From NCBI GenBank assembly GCA_963766075.1, contig CAVYAN010000003.1:1-11005 (forward strand): 11,005 bases of DNA. Direction: 5' to 3'. Made by a program: the position numbers and the translations under genes. The DNA is from an uncultured cyanobacterium (GTDB lineage: Bacteria > Cyanobacteriota > Cyanobacteriia > Leptolyngbyales > Leptolyngbyaceae). The number at the start of each line of letters is the position of its first letter. Positions within the stretch are counted from its first letter, which is position 1. The notes under the pieces were generated by a model, which did no database searches, was not told where the DNA came from, and was given only the letters and a program-made list of their open reading frames with translations. Positions 1-5,883 of this stretch are shown here, one piece after another.

Positions 1-2
1 GT

Positions 3-365
3 CCCTATCGCTCTGCATTAGATCTGCCGCTCTATGGCCGAGTGGCATCCAAGTTTGTCAACTGTGCCCGGGAGTACTTTGACAGTTTGGATTTACCTGT
101 AGAAATTGTGCCCCTGTATGGCTCGGTGGAACTGGGACCGATTACCGGCATGTCGGAGGCCATTGTCGATCTGGTGGCCACGGGTACCACCCTCCGGGAA
201 AATGGCCTGATTGAAACCGATGTGCTGTTTGAAACCACGGCGCGCTTAATTGCCCATCCCCAGAGCTATCGCCTCAATACCGATGATGTGCAGGCTTGGA
301 TTGCGAAAATTCGCCACATCGTGCACCAAGAATCCCTGAGCGCGACTGCTGCTGGCTCTCCCTAG
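3..365 (+). CDS. hisG: ATP phosphoribosyltransferase catalytic subunit, short form (5'-truncated by window edge)
   Basis: Frame is open from base 3 ([18 protein letters not shown]...), so the GTG at 42 is internal. Contains HisG motifs [15 protein letters not shown] and [17 protein letters not shown]. Ends at TAG 363-365 with no C-terminal regulatory domain (HisZ-dependent short form). Confidence 0.95.
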   Translation, partial: PYRSALDLPLYGRVASKFVNCAREYFDSLDLPVEIVPLYGSVELGPITGMSEAIVDLVATGTTLRENGLIETDVLFETTARLIAHPQSYRLNTDDVQAWIAKIRHIVHQESLSATAAGSP

Positions 366-534
366 AAGATTTCTGTGAAAGAATCTACTGCCAGATTGCT
401 CCCTTCGAGCAGAGCCGAAGGGAGCAATCTTCTGCTGGCTTCAACTCCGCTGGCTTCGACTCTGCTGGCTTCGACTCCGCTCAGCCAGCAGATGTATTCC
501 CAGTGGGCATATTATTGCTGGGAAATCGCCTTAA
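362..534 (+). repeat. Composite palindromic REP/MITE-like element, copy A (left arm, two hairpins, right arm)
   Basis: Left arm CTAGAAGATTTCTGTGAAAGAATCTAC (362-388) matches 1076-1102 at 22/27. Perfect 15-bp hairpin AGATTGCTCCCTTCG (393-407) / CGAAGGGAGCAATCT (416-430). Inverted pair TCTGCTGGCT (431-440) / AGCCAGCAGA (483-492) spans three 15-bp tandem units TCYGCTGGCTTCRAC (431-475). Right arm 501-533 matches 9885-9917 at 25/33, including identical GGAAATCGCCTTA. Confidence 0.75.
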
Positions 535-656
535 CTTGACGGTGCAAGGAATGAATCACACACGAGGCATGAATCGCAAACTTAGATACATCACACGCAT
601 CGCAACTTGACTTTATGTTGAAATGTAACAGCTTTGGGAAATCTTAGCGGTAAAGC

Positions 657-765
657 CCGTAGCTACCGTAGCTGTAGCAGCTACTTATCAATTGCTCATA
701 TTCATACAATTGCTCATAATTGTTATCTGAGTATGGTTATCTGAGTTATCTAAATTATTATCTGA
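657..765. repeat. Cluster of short direct repeats upstream of ORF 781
   Basis: GTAGC/CCGTAGCT repeats (~657-684), CAATTGCTCATA x2 (689-700, 707-718), GTTATCTGA (722-730, 736-744), GTTATCTAA (745-753), ATTATCTGA (757-765). Confidence 0.7.
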
Positions 766-780
766 CAGGAACATGAATTC

Positions 781-1068
781 ATGGTGAGATTGGCTACTGT
801 GGCGATCGCCCTTGCCCTAATCATCTTGCTCGTGCTCTACGCCCGTGAGCCCTTTCGGGGTTCCCGCCGCACCGATCGCAGCTCGGTAACCCATCGTCCT
901 AGTCGGGCCAGTCGTCATCTACAAACCAAACTATTAAAGCTGATGCATGGCGATCACCAAGGCGCAGAACGCCTTATCCAGCAGGCAAAGCTGAAATATG
1001 GTGGAAAATCTGAGGATTGGTATTGCGAAAAGGTGATTTTTGATTTGGAACGCGATCGCTGGCGATAA
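781..1068 (+). CDS. Small hypothetical membrane-anchored protein (N-terminal TM helix plus short C-terminal helical domain)
   Basis: 95 aa with hydrophobic stretch LATVAIALALIILLVLYA, a basic linker, and a C-terminus (GDHQGAERLI...KYGGKSEDWYCEKVIFDLERDR) resembling, from memory, an uncharacterised cyanobacterial C-terminal module. AGGA lies 10 nt upstream of the ATG, and the ORF holds two HIP1 sites. Confidence 0.8.
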   Translation: MVRLATVAIALALIILLVLYAREPFRGSRRTDRSSVTHRPSRASRHLQTKLLKLMHGDHQGAERLIQQAKLKYGGKSEDWYCEKVIFDLERDRWR

Positions 1069-1075
1069 TTACGGT

Positions 1076-1161
1076 CTAGGAGATTTCCGGCAAAGATTCT
1101 ACCCTTCGACTCCGCTCAGAGTGCAGGCTAGCTGAGCGGAGTGCAGGCTGGCTGAGCGGAG
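1076..1161 (+). repeat. Composite palindromic REP/MITE-like element, copy B (left arm plus hairpin)
   Basis: Left arm CTAGGAGATTTCCGGCAAAGATTCTAC (1076-1102). Core CTTCGACTCCGCTCAG is shared with copy A. Inverted repeat ACTCCGCTCAG (1109-1119) / CTGAGCGGAGT (1132-1142). 20-bp tandem duplication AGTGCAGGCTRGCTGAGCGG (1120-1139, 1140-1159). Confidence 0.7.
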
Positions 1162-1196
1162 GCTCAAACAGGGCACAAACACTAGGCCCCCAACCC

Positions 1197-1231
1197 GGCC
1201 TGCGATATCCTTCCGTTCATCAGCGCAGGCC
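1197..1231. terminator. Possible stem-loop between convergent genes
   Basis: GGCCTGCG (1197-1204) / CGCAGGCC (1224-1231), about 20 nt past the reductase stop. The loop is long and there is no U-tract, so terminator function is uncertain. Confidence 0.25.
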
Positions 1232-1250
1232 CTATTCCAAACAAACTCCC

Positions 1251-2372
1251 CTAGCCCATGCCGGGAATCAAACTACTACTCAGCCGCTTAATGGCAAAAT
1301 TGGCGACATCGGCATACCGCAGCTCGCCACAGAGAATTTCCCCCAAACGCTGCGTAGCCGAGGGACGCTTGATCCCCACCTTATACGCTACGCCGGGGAC
1401 CCGATAGAATAGGCCCGCTAGTCGTTGCGCCCAGAGCATATCTTCACCCCATTCATCCCCAATCACCTGGGTATAGGTTGCCAGGGCAGTTGCACTGCCC
1501 GCCAGTGCTTGATCAATCGCCTCAGCCGCTTTCACGCCTGTAAAAACCGATGGGCGAATGCCCTCTGCCGTCATCGGATCAGCCACGCAGGCCGCCTCCC
1601 CAGCCAATAGCGCGTTCTGAGTATGTAGTGTCTGATTCCCATCCCAGAGATTCAAGGGGTGCAGAGTTGTGTGGCACCGGCTCACATCCAAGCCAGACTG
1701 AACAGCATAATCCATCAGTTGCTTTTGCAAATCCTTGGGCTCCCCACCCCGAAAGGTAGCCGCACTCAGGGAATACCCATCCGCCTTAGGAAAATTCCAC
1801 AGGTAGCCATTTTTCAGCAGACCCATTTCAAAGATCGCGCTATTCTCACCCCCATTTCCCGGCGCTTCTAGGGCCACAGACATGCGAAACTTAGCCTCTT
1901 TGAACCCCAGCCATTTGCGGGCAGGCCCCTTGGCTCCGTCGGCGGCAATCAAATACCGTCCAGCCACTGGACCATTAGCGGTGTTGACTTGCCAGTGATC
2001 CCCTTTGAATTCAATTCCGGTGGCTTCAACACCATCCTTAAGTTCAGCCCCATGACGCTGGGCTTGCTGCACCAGGAAATGGTCAAACACGTCGCGCCGG
2101 ACCATCCACATCGGCTCCGGAGTGGTCAGCTTGGCGTCAACGGGATCTTCGAGTTTCCAGGTGTAACGGACCGTCTCAACCTTGCGGGAAATAGCAGGGC
2201 TAAAGTCAAAGTCGAACCACTGGGCGATCGCGGGGGATACACCACCGCTGCATGGTTTATAGCGTGGTAGGGACTGCTTTTCCAGAATCAGCACCGACCG
2301 ACCTCGTTTTGCCAGGTGATAGGCCGCACTCGCACCGGCTGGACCCGCCCCAATCACAACGCAATCAAACAT
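1251..2372 (-). CDS. Geranylgeranyl reductase family FAD-dependent oxidoreductase
   Basis: 373 aa. Rossmann motif VIGAGPAG, RYKPCSGG, VRRDVFDHFL, LIAADGA, GYLWNFPK, AGEAA...DPMTAEGI. GAGGAG RBS upstream. Probably a paralog rather than ChlP itself. Confidence 0.9.
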   Translation of the reverse strand: MFDCVVIGAGPAGASAAYHLAKRGRSVLILEKQSLPRYKPCSGGVSPAIAQWFDFDFSPAISRKVETVRYTWKLEDPVDAKLTTPEPMWMVRRDVFDHFLVQQAQRHGAELKDGVEATGIEFKGDHWQVNTANGPVAGRYLIAADGAKGPARKWLGFKEAKFRMSVALEAPGNGGENSAIFEMGLLKNGYLWNFPKADGYSLSAATFRGGEPKDLQKQLMDYAVQSGLDVSRCHTTLHPLNLWDGNQTLHTQNALLAGEAACVADPMTAEGIRPSVFTGVKAAEAIDQALAGSATALATYTQVIGDEWGEDMLWAQRLAGLFYRVPGVAYKVGIKRPSATQRLGEILCGELRYADVANFAIKRLSSSLIPGMG

Positions 2373-2615
2373 GCCAAGACTCTCCTCTAGTGATTACTGC
2401 GGAAGTTTCAAATACTTAGATTACCCAATTTCATCTCCGAATATCGCCGAAAGTTCAGCGCTTCACAATGTATAGACGAACCCCTTCTATCATTATTAGA
2501 GATAATTTATGAGTTCAGCAAGAAAATTCCGTGTAAATGCCCTGGATAATGTCAAAGCTTTGATAAAGCTATCTTTACGTCTGATCTCATAGGTCGCGGA
2601 ACCATTAAGCCACAA

Positions 2616-2677
2616 GACCCAAGTGCTCTACCTCATAGATCTGTAGCGTACAGATCTAACGATAAATCACTTGGGCC
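2616..2677 (-). terminator. Nested stem-loop in the frr 3' UTR (terminator or stabilising structure)
   Basis: Outer stem CCCAAGTG (2618-2625) / CACTTGGG (2668-2675) extends to 10 bp with a G-U pair on the minus strand. Inner perfect stem TAGATCTGTA (2636-2645) / TACAGATCTA (2649-2658). Confidence 0.45.
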
Positions 2678-2698
2678 GTCCCTACTGAGGGGAATCCC

Positions 2699-3247
2699 CT
2701 AAACGGTGGTAATGTCTTTCTCTTTTTCAGCGAGAACTTTATCGATTTTGGCCACGTATTGGTCCGTCATTTTCTGGACTTTATCTTGCAAATCGCGCGC
2801 TTCATCCTCAGAAATTTCGCTGGCTTTTTCCTGTTTGCGTACCGAATCTACGGCATCGCGACGGATATTGCGAATAGCGACTTTGCCTTCTTCAGCATAT
2901 TTGGCAGCAACCTTGACCAATTCCTTGCGGCGATCGCTGGTTAAGGGCGGAATGTTCAGCCGAATGGTCGTTCCATCGTTATTGGGGGTGAGGCCCAGGT
3001 CCGACAGCGAAATGGCCTTTTCAATGCTGGACATGCTGGTGCGATCGTAGGGTTGAATGGCGATCGTCGTGCCATCGGGAGTACTGATATTGGCCATGGA
3101 CTTGAGGGGTGTGGGGGTACCGTAGTATTCCACCGTTACCCGATCCAACAAGGCTGCATTGGCACGGCCCGTCCGAATTGAATTAAAAGACCGCTGAGTG
3201 GCTTCAACTGCCTTCTGCATATGGTCTTCAACGTCAGCTAACTTCAC
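2699..3247 (-). CDS. frr: Ribosome recycling factor
   Basis: Motifs [47 protein letters not shown]. Start placed at GTG 3247 ([10 protein letters not shown]..., 182 aa), overlapping the pyrH 3' end by 14 bp. Confidence 0.97.
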   Translation of the reverse strand: MKLADVEDHMQKAVEATQRSFNSIRTGRANAALLDRVTVEYYGTPTPLKSMANISTPDGTTIAIQPYDRTSMSSIEKAISLSDLGLTPNNDGTTIRLNIPPLTSDRRKELVKVAAKYAEEGKVAIRNIRRDAVDSVRKQEKASEISEDEARDLQDKVQKMTDQYVAKIDKVLAEKEKDITTV

Positions 3248-3962
3248 ACTTGCCTCCGACAAAAGTTCCGATTGGTTCGCCCATCACTGCGCGACGAATA
3301 TTGTCCTTACCGAACAGGTCAAAGACAATGATGGGAATATTGTTGTCCTTACATAAGGATATGGCAGTACTGTCCATTACCTGCAAATCTTGGGTCAAAA
3401 TATGCCCAAAGTTGAGGGTAGTGTAGCGCTTCGCATTGGCGTTTTTGTGGGGATCGCAGTCGTAGACACCATCCACTTTGGTGGCTTTGAAGACAACTTC
3501 GGCTCCAATTTCGGCGGCACGCAGGGCGGCGGTGGTGTCAGTGGTAAAGAAAGGATTGCCGGACCCCGCCGCAAAAATAACGACCCGGCCTTTTTCCAAG
3601 TGGCGGATGGCCCGACGCCGAATGTAGGGCTCGGCAATTTGTTGCATGGCGATCGCCGACAGTACTCGCGTCGGCACGCCATAGCGCTCTAACGCGTCTT
3701 GCAGAGTCATTGAGTTCATCACCGTGGCTAACATACCGATGTAGTCCGCTGTGGCCCGATCCATGCCACCCGACGCGCCCTTCATCCCGCGAAAAATATT
3801 GCCACCGCCGACCACGATCGCAACTTGCACACCACTAGCAATGACAGCCTTCACTTCTTCGGCAATGTCCCGCACAATATTGGCATCAATTCCATAGGGC
3901 TGTTCGCCCATCAGCGCTTCGCCGCTTAGTTTAAGCAGAACCCGGTGGTAAGTTAGTCCCAT
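3234..3962 (-). CDS. pyrH: Uridylate kinase
   Basis: 242 aa. [66 protein letters not shown]. Canonical pyrH-frr order. Confidence 0.98.
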   Translation of the reverse strand: MGLTYHRVLLKLSGEALMGEQPYGIDANIVRDIAEEVKAVIASGVQVAIVVGGGNIFRGMKGASGGMDRATADYIGMLATVMNSMTLQDALERYGVPTRVLSAIAMQQIAEPYIRRRAIRHLEKGRVVIFAAGSGNPFFTTDTTAALRAAEIGAEVVFKATKVDGVYDCDPHKNANAKRYTTLNFGHILTQDLQVMDSTAISLCKDNNIPIIVFDLFGKDNIRRAVMGEPIGTFVGGKCEVS

Positions 3963-4001
3963 GTAATGCGTAGTTCTCTCTACCTAGTTTGTGTCCAACT
4001 T

Positions 4002-4010
4002 AAGATAACA
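4002..4010 (-). promoter_or_regulatory. Candidate extended -10 promoter element for pyrH-frr
   Basis: Minus strand reads TGTTATCTT (TGn plus TATCTT) about 40 nt upstream of the pyrH ATG. Consensus match only. Confidence 0.3.
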
Positions 4011-4144
4011 CCCCAAGGCGAACGGAAATCTCAGCCAGATGACTCAGCCGCACCCGTACCTCCGTCCCTCTGGATAAATTCCCTGGGAGATTGCTCCCCC
4101 GAATCTATCCCCATCGCACCACGCGCACCACGTTCAACCAGAAC

Positions 4145-4684
4145 TCATTCAGCCCATTTCACCGAACATCCTACGGGATCCGTAGTGGTTCGAGTCATGG
4201 GGGCGTTATTGAGGACTTGGGCGATCGCCGTGCGAAAATACCCTGCCTTTACCGCCTGGGGCGTATTGGCATTGTCATCAATAGCGCCGCTGTAGCACAC
4301 GATCCCCTGCTGGTTGAGCAGGAACACCTGGGGGGTTTTCACGGCCCCAAAGCTCAGCGCGACATCCTGGGTGACATCCCGCAAATAGGGAAAGTTCAAC
4401 TGGTGGCGGGATGTAAAGCTTTTCATGTTGTCGTAGCTGTCCTCCGGGAACTTTTCCGCATCGTTAGGATTAATGCCAATTAAGGTAAACCGTTGCCCCT
4501 GGAAGTCTGTCTGAATTTGCTTCAGACGATCCAGATACAGCTTGACATAGGGGCAATGGTTACACATAAAGACCACCCCGATCGCCTGAAACCGTTCCAA
4601 ATACTTGGCCAAGTGATGGACCGTGCCATCCACTCCGGGGAGTTCAAAGTCTGGTGCGTAACCGCCAATTGCCGTGCCTGTCAT
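4145..4684 (-). CDS. Thioredoxin-fold / AhpC-TSA (peroxiredoxin-like) family protein
   Basis: 179 aa. APDFELPGVDG, CNHC redox motif (FMCNHCPYV), INPND...PEDS, FPYLRD.TQDVA..FGA.KTP, YSGAIDD, C-terminal GCSVKW. Confidence 0.92.
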   Translation of the reverse strand: MTGTAIGGYAPDFELPGVDGTVHHLAKYLERFQAIGVVFMCNHCPYVKLYLDRLKQIQTDFQGQRFTLIGINPNDAEKFPEDSYDNMKSFTSRHQLNFPYLRDVTQDVALSFGAVKTPQVFLLNQQGIVCYSGAIDDNANTPQAVKAGYFRTAIAQVLNNAPMTRTTTDPVGCSVKWAE

Positions 4685-4754
4685 GGTCTTTTTATCACCC
4701 TAAATTAGTGCTCTCGCCGGAACTCGGGGCGCTGGCAGGCACCCCGCACTCTAG

Positions 4755-5708
4755 CTACCAGCCTTTCGCGATCGCTTGATATCCAATCAATTTATAGACT
4801 AACTTTGCCGATGTGAATTCCGAAACCACAGAATCACTCACGGGAGCCAATTCCATGACATCGGCACCGATCACATCGTGATGATTAAAAATGTGCTGCA
4901 AGAAACTCAGCAGAGCATACCAGTTCAATCCGCCCGGTTCCGGTGTGCCCACCCCCGGCATCAGGGTGGGGTCGATGCCATCAAGGTCAATGGTGATAAA
5001 CACCTTCTCGGTTTTAATCGTGGCCCAAGCCCGCTCCATCCAATCCGGCTGCTGCACCATTTCCCGCGCCCGGAAAACGGCCAACTGTTTTTCTTTGATT
5101 AAATTAGCTTCTTCGCGGCAGATGCTGCGGATGCCGATTTGCAGGGTAGGCAAGCCCATATCCACAACGCGGCGCATGACACAGGCATGGTTGTGAATCG
5201 AGCCTTCGTACTCATGGCGCAGGTCACCGTGGGCGTCGATTTGGACCACGGTGAAGGCTTCGCCGGGATAGGTTTGGCGATACCCCTCGACGACGCCTTC
5301 CGTAATGCTGTGTTCGCCGCCGAGGGCGATGACGAATTTTCCGGCAGCGGCCAGTTGGTGAACGATGGCTTGGGTGACGCGCAGCATGTCCTCGGAGGGC
5401 ACTTTGCTGGGGCGGGTGTCCGCGATCGCCGGATGGGTATACAGCCCGACATCCCAGAATTCGCGATCGAACTCATCGTCATAGAATTCCACCTGTTGGG
5501 AGGCTTCTAAAATCGCCTCGGGGCCATGCTCGCAGCCGCGCCGATAGGTGGTCGTGGCTTCAAAGGGGATGGGCAAAATGACTACGCGGGCGGTGTCGTA
5601 GGCGGCAGCCACATCGGCACCGAGGAAGTCGAGGGGTTTAACGGGAGTGTCTACCAGCATGGGGATTGGGTCCAAAGCCTTGAGCGAAAAGCTTTTTGAT
5701 CCTGCCAT
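4755..5708 (-). CDS. speB: Agmatinase (arginase/ureohydrolase family)
   Basis: Metal-binding motifs GGEHS, DAHGD and DLDGIDP, plus GVGTPEPGG and N-terminal PFEATTTYRRG..GPEAILEAS. True start may be the ATG at 5660. Confidence 0.9.
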   Translation of the reverse strand: MAGSKSFSLKALDPIPMLVDTPVKPLDFLGADVAAAYDTARVVILPIPFEATTTYRRGCEHGPEAILEASQQVEFYDDEFDREFWDVGLYTHPAIADTRPSKVPSEDMLRVTQAIVHQLAAAGKFVIALGGEHSITEGVVEGYRQTYPGEAFTVVQIDAHGDLRHEYEGSIHNHACVMRRVVDMGLPTLQIGIRSICREEANLIKEKQLAVFRAREMVQQPDWMERAWATIKTEKVFITIDLDGIDPTLMPGVGTPEPGGLNWYALLSFLQHIFNHHDVIGADVMELAPVSDSVVSEFTSAKLVYKLIGYQAIAKGW

Positions 5709-5883
5709 ATGTTGGCGAGAAATGGGGCCGGGTTGAGCGGAAATCCCGCCAAATTTCCCCTAGACGCAATTTGAAAATCGGACCTAAAAATCGGGCTGAG
5801 AAACTCAGAACTGATACACCTGCCACGGCTTGGGGCAACCTGGAATCATTCAGGCTTCTCCGGATCTGGACCAGGGGTGCATC

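Noticed and set aside
431..492. Possible CRISPR array (also considered 1120-1159 and 9151-9210)
   Set aside because: Units are 15-20 bp, directly abutting, with no unique spacers and no cas genes in the window.
536..545. TTGACGGTGC repeated at 8362-8371
   Set aside because: Many 10-mer matches are expected by chance in 11 kb, and the flanks do not align.
296..610. 104-aa ORF with SAGFD repeats
   Set aside because: Overlaps hisG out of frame, and its repeats are just the translation of the 15-bp DNA repeat.
659..684. NtcA box in the GTA/TAC-rich repeat
   Set aside because: No GTA-N8-TAC spacing is present.
362..1161. Integron attC cassette interpretation
   Set aside because: I did not find the RYYYAAC...GTTRRRY core boxes at the element ends, and there is no integrase in the window.
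1251..2372. Calling the reductase chlP
   Set aside because: Family motifs are present, but the variants (KPCSGG, AGEAA), length and position beside frr fit a paralog. No symbol assigned.
3248..3262. MSEAS N-terminal extension of frr in the ORF track
   Set aside because: TTG start inside pyrH. GTG 3247 gives the usual RRF length.
3966..4483. Plus-strand ORFs 3966-4295 and 4091-4483, and the other antisense or nested ORFs over the main genes
   Set aside because: Shadow frames of well-supported genes with no recognisable motifs.
4725..4746. GC hairpin between speB and the thioredoxin-fold gene as a terminator
   Set aside because: An 8-bp stem exists on the minus strand, but it has no U-tract and sits in a 70-bp co-directional spacer, so support is insufficient.
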